Shown: piece after piece, positions 12,801 to 27,800 of the stretch | Numbering within the stretch: position 1 is the first letter of the stretch | How the letters are laid out: every line of letters starts with the position of its first letter | Source of the DNA: Eledone cirrhosa | Taxonomy: Eukaryota | DNA length: 64,000 nt | Assembly (NCBI GenBank): GCA_964016885.1 | Contig: OZ024742.1 | Location: 244,342,001-244,406,000, forward strand | Direction: 5' to 3' | Translations under genes and position numbers: made by a program | The notes under the pieces: model-generated | The model's input: the letters and a program-made list of their open reading frames with translations, nothing else | Database searches by the model: none | Told to the model about the DNA's origin: nothing

Positions 12801-15800
12801 ATTCTCTCCTATATTAATCCCACTCATGCTCTTACTATTCTTGTCACTCTACTCCATTCTCTCCTATAGTACTCCCACTCATGCTCTTACTATTCTTGTC
12901 ACTCTACTCCATTCTCTCCTATATTACTCCCACTCATGCTCTTACTATTCTTGTCACTCTACTCCATTCTCTCCTATAGTACTCCCACTCATGCTCTTAC
13001 TATTCTTGTCACTCTACTCCATTTTCTCCTATATTACTCCCACTCATGCTCTTACTATTCTTGTCACTCTACTCCATTCTCTCCTATATTACTCCCACTC
13101 ATGCTCTTACTATTCTTGTCACTCTACTCCATTCTCTCCTATATTACTCCCACTCATGCTCTTACTATTCTTGTCACTCTACTTCATTCTCTCCTACATT
13201 ACTCCCACTCATGCTCTTACTATTCTTGTCACTCTACTTCATTCTCTCCTACATTACTCCCACTCATGCTCTTACTATTCTTGTCACTCTACTTCATTCT
13301 CTCCCACATTACTCCCACTCATGCTCTTACTATTCTTGTCACTCTACTTCATTCTCTCCTACATTACTCCCACTCATGCTCTTAATATTCTTGTCATTCT
13401 ACTCCATTCTCTCCTATATTACTCCCACTCATGCACTTACTATTCTTGTCACTCTACTCCATTCTCTCCTATATTGCTCCCACTCATGCTCTTACTATTC
13501 TTGTCACTCTACTCCATTCTCTCCTATATTACTCCCACTCATGCTCTTACTATTCTTGTCACTCTACTCCATTCTCTCCTACATTACTCCCACTCATGCT
13601 CTTACTATTCTTGTCACTCTACTCCATTCTCTCCTACAATATACCCACTCATGCTCTTACTATTCTTGTCACTCTACTCCATTCTCTCCTACATTACTCC
13701 CACTCATGCTCTTACTATTCTTGTCACTCTACTCCATTCTCTCCTACATTACTCCCACTCTTGCTCTTACTATTCTTGTCACTCTACTTCATTCTCTCCT
13801 ACATTACTCCCACTCATGCTCTTACTATTCTTGTCACTCTACTTCATTCTCTCCTACATTACTCCCACTCATGCTCTTACTATTCTTGTCACTCTACTCC
13901 ATTCTCTCCTATATTACTCCCACTCATGCTCTTACTATTCTTGTCACTCTACTCCATTCTCTCCTATAGTACTCCCACTCATGCTCTTACTATTCTTGTC
14001 ACTCTACTCCATTTTCTCCTATATTACTCCCACTCATGCTCTTACTATTCTTGTCACTCTACTCCATTCTCTCCTATATTACTCCCACTCATGCTCTTAC
14101 TATTCTTGTCACTCTACTCCATTCTCTCCTATATTACTCCCACTCATGCTCTTACTATTCTTGTCACTCTACTCCATTCTCTCCTATATTACTCCCACTC
14201 ATGCTCTTACTATTCTTGTCACTCTACTCCATTCTCTCCTACATTACTCCCACTCATGCTCTTACTATTCTTGTCACTCTACTTCATTCTCTCCTACATT
14301 ACTCCCACTCATGCTCTTACTATTCTTGTCACTCTACTCCATTCTCTCCTACATTACTCCCACTCATGCTCTTACTATTCTTGTCACTCTACTTCATTCT
14401 CTCCTATATTACTCCCACTCATGCTCTTACTATTCTTGTCACTCTCCTCCATTCTCTCCTACATTCTCTCCCACTCATGCTCTTACTATTCTTGTCACTC
14501 TACTCCATTCTCTCCTATATTACTCCCACTCATGCTCTTACTATTCTTGTCACTCTACTCTATTCTCTCCTACATTACTCCCACTCATGCTCTTACTATT
14601 CTTGTCACTCTACTCCATTCTCTCCTACATTACTCCCACTCATGCTCTTACTATTCTTGTCACTCTACTTCATTCTCTCCTACATTACTCCCACTCATGC
14701 TCTTACTATTCTTGTCACTCTACTCCATTCTCTCCTACATTACTCCCACTCATGCTCTTACTATTCTTGTCACTCTACTTCATTCTCTCCTACATTACTC
14801 CCACTCATGCTCTTACTATTCTTGTCACTCTACTCCATTCTCTCCTATATTACTCCCACTCATGCTCTTACTATTCTTGTCACTCTACTCCATTCTCTCC
14901 TATATTACTCTCACTCATGCTCTTACTATTCTTGTCACTCTACTCCATTTTCTCCTATATTACTCCCACTCATGCTCTTACTATTCTTGTCACTCTACTC
15001 CATTCTCTCCTATATTACTCCCACTCATGCTCTTACTATTATTGTCACTCTACTCCATTCTCTCCTATATTACTCCCACTCATGCTGGTACTATTCTTGT
15101 CACTCTGCACCATTCGCTCCTACATTACTCCCACTCATGCTCTTACTATTCTTGTCACTCTACTTCATTCTCTCCTATATTACTCCCACTCATGCTCTTA
15201 CTATTCTTGTCACTCTGCTCCATTCTCTCCTACATTACTCCCACTCATGCTCTTACTATTCTTGTCACTCTGCTCCATTCTCTCCTACATTACTCCCACT
15301 CATGCTCTTACTATTCTTGTCACTCTACTTCATTCTCTCCTATATTACTCCCACTCATGCTCTTACTATTCTTGTCACTCTACTCCATTCTCTCCTATAT
15401 TACTCCCACTCATGCTCTTACTATTCTTGTCACTCTGCTCCATTCTCTCCTACATTACTCCCACTCATGCTCTTACTATTCTTGTCACTCTACTCCATTC
15501 TCTCCTACATTACTCCCACTCTTGCTCTTACTATTCTTGTCACTCTACTTCATTCTCTCCTACATTACTCCCACTCATGCTCTTACTATTCTTGTCACTC
15601 TACTTCATTCTCTCCTACATTACTCCCACTCATGCTCTTACTATTCTTGTCACTCTACTCCATTCTCTCCTATATTACTCCCACTCATGCTCTTACTATT
15701 CTTGTCACTCTACTCCATTCTCTCCTATAGTACTCCCACTCATGCTCTTACTATTCTTGTCACTCTACTCCATTTTCTCCTATATTACTCCCACTCATGC

Positions 15801-18800
15801 TCTTACTATTCTTGTCACTCTACTCCATTCTCTCCTATATTACTCCCACTCATGCTCTTACTATTCTTGTCACTCTACTCCATTCTCTCCTATATTACTC
15901 CCACTCATGCTCTTACTATTCTTGTCACTCTACTCCATTCTCTCCTATATTACTCCCACTCATGCTCTTACTATTCTTGTCACTCTACTCCATTCTCTCC
16001 TACATTACTCCCACTCATGCTCTTACTATTCTTGTCACTCTACTTCATTCTCTCCTACATTACTCCCACTCATGCTCTTACTATTCTTGTCACTCTACTC
16101 CATTCTCTCCTATATTACTCCCACTCATGCTCTTACTATTCTTGTCACTCTACTCCATTCTCTCCTACATTACTCCCACTCATGCTCTTACTATTCTTGT
16201 CACTCTACTCCATTCTCTCCTACAATACTCCCACTCATGCCCTTACTATTCTTGTCACTCTACTCCATTCTCTCCTATATTACTCCCACTCATGCTCTTA
16301 CTATTCTTGTCACTCTGCTCCATTCTCTCCTATATTACTCCCACTCATGCTCTTACTATTCTTGTCACTCTCCTCCATTCTCTCCTAAATTACTCCCACT
16401 CATGCTCTTACTATTCTTGTCACTCTACTCCATTCTCTCCTATATTACTCCCACTCATGCTCTTACTATTCTTGTCACTCTACTCCATTCTCTCCCACAT
16501 TACTCCCACTCATGCTCTTACTATTCTTGTCACTCTACTTCATTCTCTCCTACATTCTCTCCCACTCATGCTCTTACTATTCTTGTCACTCTACTCCATT
16601 CTCTCCTACATTACTCCCACTCATGCTCTTACTATTCTTGTCACTCTACTCCATTCTCTCCTACATTACTCCCACTCATGCTCTTACTATTCTTGTCACT
16701 CTACTCCATTCTCTCCCACATTACTCCCACTCATGCTCTTACTATTCTTGTCACTCTACTTCATTCTCTCCTACATTACTCCCACTCATGCTCTTACTAT
16801 TCTTGTCACTCTACTTCATTCTCTCCTATATTACTCCCACTCATGCTCTTACTATTCTTGTCACTCTACTCCATTCTCTCCCACATTACTCCCACTCATG
16901 CTCTTACTATTCTTGTCACTCTACTTCATTCTCTCCTTCATTCTCTCCCACTCATGCTCTTACTATTCTTGTCACTCTACTCCATTCTCTCCTACATTAC
17001 TCCCACTCATGCTCTTACTATTCTTGTCACTCTACTCCATTCTCTGCTATATTACTCCCACTCATGCTCTTACTATTCTTGTCACACTACTCCATTCTTT
17101 CCTACACTCTCTCCCACTCATGCTCTTACTATTCTTGTCACTCTACTCCATTCTCTCCTACATTACTCCCACTCATGCTCTTACTATTCTTGTCACTCTA
17201 CTCCATTCTCTCCTACATTACTCCCACTCATGCTCTTACAATTCTTGTCACTCTACTCCATTCTCTCCCACATTACTCCCACTCATGCTCTTACTATTCT
17301 TGTCACTCTACTTCATTCTCTCCTACATTACTCCCACTCATGGTCTTACTATTCTTGTCACTCTACTTCATTCTCTCCTATATTACTCCCACTCATGCTC
17401 TTACTATTCTTGTCACTCTACTCCATTCTCTCCCACATTACTCCCACTCATGCTCTTACTATTCTTGTCACTCTACTCCATTCTCTCCTACATTACTCCC
17501 ACTCATGCTCTTACTATTCTTGTCACTCTACTCCATTCTCTCCTATATTACTCCCACTCATGCTCTTACTATTCTTGTCACTCTACTTCATTCTCTCCTA
17601 CATTACTCCCACTCATGCTCTTACTATTCTTGTCACTCTACTTCATTCTCTCCTACATTACTCCCACTCATGCTCTTACTATTCTTGTCACTCTACTTCA
17701 TTCTCTCCCACATTACTCCCACTCATGCTCTTACTATTCTTGTCACTCTACTTCATTCTCTCCTACATTACTCCCACTCATGCTCTTAATATTCTTGTCA
17801 CTCTACTCCATTCTCTCCTATATTACTCCCACTCATGCTCTTACTATTCTTGTCACTCTACTCCATTCTCTCCTACAATACTCCCACTCATGCTCTTACT
17901 ATTCTTGTCACTCTGCTCCATTCTCTCCTTCATTACTCCCACTCATGCTCTTACTATTCTTGTCACTCTCCTCCATTCTCTCCTACATTCTCTCCCACTC
18001 ATGCTCTTACTATTCTTGTCACTCTACTCCATTCTCTCCTATATTACTCCCACTCATGCTCTTACTATTCTTGTCACTCTACTCCATTCTCTCCTACATT
18101 ACTCCCACTCATGCTCTTACTATTCTTGTCACTCTACTCCATTCTCTCCTACATTACTCCCACTCATGCTCTTACTATTCTTGTCACTGTACTTCATTCT
18201 CTCCTCCATTACTCCCACTCATGCTCTTACTATTCTTGTCACTCTACTCCATTCTCTCCTACATTACTCCCACTCATGCTCTTACTATTCTTGTCACTCT
18301 ACTTCATTCTCTCCTACAATACTCCCACTCATGCTCTTACTGTTCTTGTCACTCTACTCCATTCTCTCCTATATTACTCCCACTCATGCTCTTACTATTC
18401 TTGTCACTCTACTCCATTCTCTCCTATATTACTCTCACTCATGCTCTTACTATTCTTGTCACTCTACTCCATTCTCTCCTATATTACTCCCACTCATGCT
18501 CTTACTATTCTTGTCACTCTACTCCATTCTCTCCCACATTACTCCCACTCATGCTCTTACTATTCTTGTCACTCTACTCCATTCTCTCCTATATTACTCC
18601 CACTCATGCCCTTACTATTCTTATCACTCTACTTCATTCTCTCCTTCATTCTCTCCCACTCATGCTCTTACTATTCTTGTCACTCTACTCCATTCTCTCC
18701 TACATTACTCCCACTCATGCTCTTACTATTCTTGTCACTCTACTTCATTCTCTCCTATATTACTCCCACTCATGCTCTTACTATTCTTGTCACTCTGCTC

Positions 18801-21800
18801 CATTCTCTCCTACATTACTCCCACTCATGCTCTTACTATTCTTGTCACTCTACTCCATTCTCTGCTATATTACTCCCACTCATGCTCTTACTATTCTTGT
18901 CACACTACTCCATTCTTTCCTACATTACTCCCACTCATGCTCTTACTATTCTTGTCACTCTACTCCATTCTCTCCTACATTACTCCCACTCATGCTCTTA
19001 CTATTCTTGTCACTCTACTTCATTCTCTCCTACATTACTCCCACTCATGCTCTTACTATTCTTGTCACTCTACTCCATTCTCTCCTATATTACTCCCACT
19101 CATGCTCTTACTATTCTTGTCACTCTACTCCATTCTCTCCTACATTACTCCCACTCATGCTCTTACTATTCTTGTCACTCTACTCCATTCTCTCCTACAT
19201 TACTCCCACTCATGCTCTTACTATTCTTGTCACTCTACTTCATTCTCTCCTATATTACTCCCACTCATGCTCTTACTATTCTTGTCACTCTACTCCATTC
19301 TCTCCTATATTACTCCCACTCATGCTCTTACTATTCTTGTCACTCTGCTCCATTCTCTCCTACATTACTCCCACTCATGCTCTTACTATTCTTGTCACTC
19401 TACTCCATTCTCTCCTATATTACTCCCACTCATGCTCTTACTATTCTTGTCACTCTGCTCCATTCTCTCCTATATTACTCCCACTCATGCTCTTACTATT
19501 CTTGTCACTCTACTCCATTCTGTCCTACATTACTCCCACTCATGCTCTTACTATTCTTGTCACTCTACTCCATTCTCTCCTATATTACTCCCACTCATGC
19601 TCTTACTATTCTTGTCACTCTACTCCATTCTCTCCCACATTACTCCCACTCATGCTCTTACTATTCTTGTCACTCTACATCATTCTCTCCTACATTCTCT
19701 CCCACTCATGCTCTTACTATTCTTGTCACTCTACTCCATTCTCTCCTACATTACTCCCACTCATGCTCTTACTATTCTTGTCACTCTACTCCATTCTCTC
19801 CTACATTACTCCCACTCATGCTCTTACAATTCTTGTCACTCTACTCCATTCTCTCCCACATTACTCCCACTCATGCTCTTACTATTCTTGTCACTCTACT
19901 TCATTCTCTCCTACATTACTCCCACTCATGGTCTTACTATTCTTGTCACTCTACTTCATTCTCTCCTATATTACTCCCACTCATGCTCTTACTATTCTTG
20001 TCACTCTACTCCATTCTCTCCCACATTACTCCCACTCATGCTCTTACTATTCTTGTCACTCTACTCCATTCTCTCCTACATTACTCCCACTCATGCTCTT
20101 ACTATTCTTGTCACTCTACTCCATTCTCTCCTATATTACTCCCACTCATGCTCTTACTATTCTTGTCACTCTACTTCATTCTCTCCTACATTACTCCCAC
20201 TCATGCTCTTACTATTCTTGTCACTCTACTTCATTCTCTCCTACATTACTCCCACTCATGCTCTTACTATTCTTGTCACTCTACTTCATTCTCTCCCACA
20301 TTACTCCCACTCATGCTCTTACTATTCTTGTCACTCTACTTCATTCTCTCCTACATTACTCCCACTCATGCTCTTAATATTCTTGTCACTCTACTCCATT
20401 CTCTCCTATATTACTCCCACTCATGCTCTTACTATTCTTGTCACTCTACTCCATTCTCTCCTACAATACTCCCACTCATGCTCTTACTATTCTTGTCACT
20501 CTGCTCCATTCTCTCCTTCATTACTCCCACTCATGCTCTTACTATTCTTGTCACTCTCCTCCATTCTCTCCTACATTCTCTCCCACTCATGCTCTTACTA
20601 TTCTTGTCACTCTACTCCATTCTCTCCTATATTACTCCCACTCATGCTCTTACTATTCTTGTCACTCTACTCCATTCTCTCCTACATTACTCCCACTCAT
20701 GCTCTTACTATTCTTGTCACTCTACTCCATTCTCTCCTACATTACTCCCACTCATGCTCTTACTATTCTTGTCACTGTACTTCATTCTCTCCTCCATTAC
20801 TCCCACTCATGCTCTTACTATTCTTGTCACTCTACTCCATTCTCTCCTACATTACTCCCACTCATGCTCTTACTATTCTTGTCACTCTACTTCATTCTCT
20901 CCTACAATACTCCCACTCATGCTCTTACTGTTCTTGTCACTCTACTCCATTCTCTCCTATATTACTCCCACTCATGCTCTTACTATTCTTGTCACTCTAC
21001 TCCATTCTCTCCTATATTACTCTCACTCATGCTCTTACTATTCTTGTCACTCTACTCCATTCTCTCCTATATTACTCCCACTCATGCTCTTACTATTCTT
21101 GTCACTCTACTCCATTCTCTCCCACATTACTCCCACTCATGCTCTTACTATTCTTGTCACTCTACTCCATTCTCTCCTATATTACTCCCACTCATGCCCT
21201 TACTATTCTTATCACTCTACTTCATTCTCTCCTATATTACTCCCACTCATTCTCTTACTATTCTTGTCACTCTGCTCCATTCTCTCCTACATTACTCCCA
21301 CTCATGCTCTTACTATTCTTGTCACTCTACTTCATTCTCTCCTATATTACTCCCACTCATGCTCTTACTATTCTTGTCACTCTGCTCCATTCTCTCCTAC
21401 ATTACTCCCACTCATGCTCTTACTATTCTTGTCACTCTACTCCATTCTCTCCTACATTACTCCCACTCATGCTCTTACTATTCTTGTCACTCTACTTCAT
21501 TCTCTCCTTCATTACTCCCACTCATTCTCTTACTATTCTTGTCACTCTGCTCCATTCTCTCCTACATTACTCCCACTCATGCTCTTACTATTCTTGTCAC
21601 TCTACTCCATTCTCTCTTATATTACTCCCACTCATGCTCTTACTATTCTTGTCACTCTACTCCATTCTCTCCTATATTACTCCCACTCATGCTCTTACTA
21701 TTCTTGTCACTCTACTCCATTCTCTCCTATATTACTCCCACTCATGCTCTTACTATTCTTGTCACTCTACTCCATTCTCTCCCACATTACTCCCACTCAT

Positions 21801-24800
21801 GCTCTTACTATTCTTGTCACTCTACTCCATTCTCTCCTACATTACTCCCACCCATGCTCTTACTATTCTTGTCACTCTACTCCATTCTCTCCTACATTAC
21901 TCCCACTCATGCTCTTACTATTCTTGTCACTCTACTTCATTCTCTCCTACATTCTCTCCCACTCATGCTCTTACTATTCTTGTCACTCTACTCCATTCTC
22001 TCCTACATTACTCCCACTCACGCTCTTACTATTCTTGTCACTCTACTTCATTCTCTCCTACATTACTCCCACTCATGCTCTTACTATTCTTGTCACTCTA
22101 CTCCATTCTCTCCTATATTACTCCCACTCATGCTCTTACTATTCTTGTCACTCTACTCCATTCTCTCCTATATTACTCCCACTCATGCTCTTACTATTCT
22201 TGTCACTCTACTCCATTCTCTCCTACATTACTCCCACTCATGCTCTTACTATTCTTGTCACTCTACTCCATTCTCTCCTAAAATACTCCCACTCATGCTC
22301 TTACTATTCTTGTCACTCTACTCCATTCTCTCCTATATTACTCCCACTCATGCTCTTACTATTCTTGTCACTCTACTCCATTCTCTCCTATATTACTCCC
22401 ACTCATGCTCTTACTATTCTTGTCACTCTACTCCATTCTCTCCTACATTACTCCCACTCATGCTCTTACTATTCTTGTCACTCTACATCATTCTCTCCTA
22501 CATTCTCTCCCACTCATGCTCTTACTATTCTTGTCACTCTACTCCATTCTCTCCTACATTACTCCCACTCATGCTCTTACTATTCTTGTCACTCTACTCC
22601 ATTCTCTCCTACATTACTCCCACTCATGCTCTTACTATTCTTGTCACTCTACTCCATTCTCTCCCACATTACTCCCACTCATGCTCATACTATTCTTGTC
22701 ACTCTACTTCATTCTCTCCTACATTACTCCCACTCATGCTCTTACTATTCTTGTCACTCTACTTCATTCTCTCCTATATTACTCCCACTCATGCTCTTAC
22801 TATTATTGTCACTCTACTCCATTCTCTCCCACATTACTCCCACTCATGCTCTTACTATTCTTGTCACTCTACTTCATTCTCTCCTACATTCTCTCCCACT
22901 CATGCTCTTACTATTCTTGTCACTCTACTCCATTCTCTCCTATATTACTCCCACTCATGCTCTTACTATTCTTGTCACTCTACTCCATTCTCTCCTACAT
23001 TACTCCCACTCATGTTCTTACTATTCTTGTCACTCTACTCCATTCTCTCCTACAATACTCCCACTCATGCTCTTACTATTCTTGTCACTCTGCTCCATTC
23101 TCTCCTTCATTACTCCCACTCATGCTCTTACTATTCTTGTCACTCTACTTCATTCTCTCCTACATTCTCTCCCACTCATGCTCTTACTATTCTTGTCACT
23201 CTACTCCATTCTCGCCTACATTACTCCCACTCATGCTCTTACTATTCTTGTCACTCTACTCCATTCTCTCCTACATTACTCCCACTCATGCTCTTACTAT
23301 TCTTGTCTCTCTACTTCATTCTCTCCTACATTACTCCCACTCATGCTCTTACTATTCTTGTCACTCTACTTCATTCTCTCCTACATTACTCCCACTCATG
23401 CTCTTACTATTCTTGTCACTCTACTTCATTCTCTCCCACATTACTCCCACTCATGCTCTTACTATTCTTGTCACTCTACTTCATTCTCTCCTACATTACT
23501 CCCACTCATGCTCTTAATATTCTTGTCACTCTACTCCATTCTCTCCCACATTACTCCCACTCATGCTCTTACTATTCTTGTCACTCTACTTCATTCTCTC
23601 CTATATTACTCCCACTCATGCTCTTAATATTCTTGTCACTCTACTCCATTCTCTCCTATATTACTCCCACTCATGCTCTTACTATTCTTGTCACTCTACT
23701 CCATTCTCTCCTATATTACTCCCACTCATGCTCTTACTATTCTTGTCACTCTACTCCATTCTCTCCTACATTACTGCCACTCATGCTCTTACTATTCTTG
23801 TCACTCTACTCCATTCTCTCCTACAATACTCCCACTCATGCTCTTACTATTCTTGTCACTCTACTCCATTCTCTCCTATATTACTCCCACTCATGCTCTT
23901 ACTATTCTTGTCACTCTACTCCATTCTCTCCTATATTACTCCCACTCATGCTCTTACTATTCTTGTCACTCTACTCCATTCTCTCCTACATTACTCCCAC
24001 TCATGCTCTTACTATTCTTGTCACTCTGCTCCATTCTCTCCTATATTACTCCCACTCATGCTCTTACTATTCTTGTCACTCTACTCCATTCTCTCCTACA
24101 TTACTCCCACTCATGCTCTTACTATTCTTGTCACTCTACTCCATTCTCTCCTATATTACTCCCACTCATGCTCTTACTATTCTTGTCACTCTACTCCATT
24201 CTCTCCCACATTACTCCCACTCATGCTCTTACTATTCTTGTCACTCTACTTCATTCTCTCCTACATTCTCTCCCACTCATGCTCTTACTATTCTTGTCAC
24301 TCTACTCCATTCTCTCCTACATTACTCCCACTCATGCTCTTACTATTCTTGTCACTCTACTCTATTCTCTTCTATATTACTCCCACTCATGCTCTTACTA
24401 TTCTTGTCACTCTACTCCATTCTCTCCTACATTACTCCCACTCATGCTCTTACTATTCTTGTCACTCTACTCCATTCTCTCCTACATTACTCCCACTCAT
24501 GCTCTTACTATTCTTGTCACTCTACTTCATTCTCTCCTACATTACTCCCACTCATGCTCTTACTATTCTTGTCACTCTACTTCATTCTCTCCTACATTAC
24601 TCCCACTCATGCTCTTACTATTCTTGTCACTCTACTTCATTCTCTCCCACATTACTCCCACTCATGCTCTTACTATTCTTGTCACTCTACTTCATTCTCT
24701 CCTACATTACTCCCACTCATGCTCTTAATATTCTTGTCACTCTACTCCATTCTCTCCCACATTACTCCCACTCATGCTCTTACTATTCTTGTCACTCTAC

Positions 24801-27800
24801 TTCATTCTCTCCTATATTACTCCCACTCATGCTCTTATAATTCTTGTCACTCTACTCCATTCTCTCCTATATTACTCCCACTCATGCTCTTACTATTCTT
24901 GTCACTCTACTCCATTCTCTCCTACATTACTCCCACGCATGCTCTTACTATTCTTGTCACTCTACTCCATTCTCTCCTATATTACTCCCACTCATGCTCT
25001 TACTATTCTTGTCAATCTACTCCATTCTCTCCTACATTACTCCCACTCATGCTCTTACTATTCTTGTCACTCTACTTCATTCTCTCCTATATTACTCCCA
25101 CTCATGCTCTTACTATTCTTGTCACTCTACTCCATTCTCTCCTATATTACTCCCACTCATGCTCTTACTATTCTTGTCACTCTACTCCATTCTCTCCTAT
25201 ATTACTCCCACTCATGCTCTTACTATTCTTGTCACTCTACTCCATTCTCTCCTATATTACTCCCACTCATGCTCTTACTATTCTTGTCACTCTACTTCAT
25301 TCTCTCCTACATTCTCTCCCACTCATGCTCTTACTATTCTTGTCACTCTACTCCATTCTCTCCTACATTACTCCCACTCATGCGCTTACTATTCTTGTCA
25401 CTCTACTCCATTCTCTCCTACATTACTCCCACTCATGCTCTTACCATTCTTGTCACTCTGCTCCATTCTCTCCTATATTACTCCCACTCATGCTCTTACT
25501 ATTCTTGTCACTCTACTCCATTCTCTCCTACAATACTCCCACTCATGCTCTTACTATTCTTGTCACTCTACTCCATTCTCTCCTATATTACTCCCACTCA
25601 TGCTCTTACTATTCTTGTCACTCTACTCCATTCTCTCCTATATTACTCCCACTCATGCTCTTACTATTCTTGTCACTCTACTCCATTCTCTCCTACATTA
25701 CTCCCACTCATGCTCTTACTATTCTTGTCACTCTGCTCCATTCTCTCCTATATTACTCCCACTCATGCTCTTACTATTCTTGTCACTCTACTCCATTCTC
25801 TCCTACATTACTCCCACTCATGCTCTTACTATTCTTGTCACTCTACTCCATTCTCTCCTATATTACTCCCACTCATGCTCTTACTATTCTTGTCACTCTA
25901 CTCCATTCTCTCCCACATTACTCCCACTCATGCTCTTACTATTCTTGTCACTCTACTTCATTCTCTCCTACATTCTCTCCCACTCATGCTCTTACTATTC
26001 TTGTCACTCTACTCCATTCTCTCCTACATTACTCCCACTCATGCTCTTACTATTCTTGTCACTCTACTCCATTCTCTCCCACATTACTCCCACTCATGCT
26101 CTTACTATTCTTGTCACTCTACTTCATTCTCTCCTACATTACTCCCACTCATGCTCTTACTATTCTTGTCACTCTACTTCATTCTCTCCTATATTACTCC
26201 CACTCATGCTCTTACTATTCTTGTCACTCTACTCCATTCCCTCCCACATTACTCCCACTCATGCTCTTACTATTCTTGTCACTCTACTTCATTCTCTCCT
26301 ACATTCTCTCCCACTCATGCTCTTACTATTCTTGTCACTCTACTCCATTCTCTCCTACATTACTCCCACTCATGCGCTTACTATTCTTGTCACTCTACTC
26401 CATTCTCTCCTACATTACTCCCACTCATGCTCTTACCATTCTTGTCACTCTGCTCCATTCTCTCCTATATTACTCCCACTCATGCTCTTACTATTCTTGT
26501 CACTCTACTTCATTCTCTCCTTCATTACTCCCACTCATGCTCTTACTATTCTTGTCACTCTACTTCATTCTCTCCTACATTACTCCCACTCATGCTCTTA
26601 CTATTCTTGTCACTCTACTCCATTCTCTCCTATATTACTCCCACTCATGCTCTTACTATTCTTGTCACTCTACTCCATTCTCTCCCACATTACTCCCACT
26701 CATGCTCTTACTATTCTTGTCACTCTACTCCATTCTCTCCTACATTACTCCCACTCATGCTCTTACTATTCTTGTCACTCTACTCCATTCTCTCCTACAT
26801 TACTCCCACTCATGCTCTTACTATTCTTGTCACTCTACTTCATTCTCTCCTACATTACTCCCACTCATGCTCTTACTATTCTTGTCACTCTACGCCATTC
26901 TCTCCTACATTACTCCCACTCATGCTCTTACTATTCTTGTCACTCTACTTCATTCTCTCCTACATTACTCCCACTCATGCTCTTACTATTCTTGTCACTC
27001 TACTCTATTCTCTTCTATATTACTCCCACTCATGCTCTTACTATTCTTGTCACTCTACTCCATTCTCTCCTATATTACTCCCACTCATGCTCTTACTATT
27101 CTTGTCACTCTACTTCATTCTCTCCTACATTACTCCCACTCATGCTCTTACTATTCTTGTCACTCTACTCCATTCTCTCCTATATTACTCCCACTCATGC
27201 TCTTACTATTCTTGTCACTCTACTCCATTCTCTCCTATATTACTCCCACTCATGCTCTTACTATTCTTGTCACTCTACTCCATTCTCTCCTATATTACTC
27301 CCACTCATGCTCTTACTATTCTTGTCACTCTACTCCATTCTCTCCTACATTACTCCCACTCATGCTCTTACTATTCTTGTCACTCTACTCCATTCTCTCC
27401 TATATTATTCCCACTCATGCTCTTACTATTCTTGTCACTCTACTTCATTCTCTCCTACATTCTCTCCCACTCATGCTCTTACTATTCTTGTCACTCTACT
27501 CCATTCTCTCCTACATTACTCCCACTCATGCTCTTACTATTCTTGTCACTCTACTCCATTCTCTCCTACATTACTCCCACTCATGCTCTTACTATTCTTG
27601 TCACTCTACTTCATTCTCTCCTACATTACTCCCACTCATGCTCTTACTATTCTTGTCACTCTACTTCATTCTCTCCTACATTACTCCCACTCATGCTCTT
27701 ACTATTCTTGTCACTCTACTTCATTCTCTCCCACATTACTCCCACTCATGCTCTTACTATTCTTGTCACTCTACTTCATTCTCTCCTACATTACTCCCAC

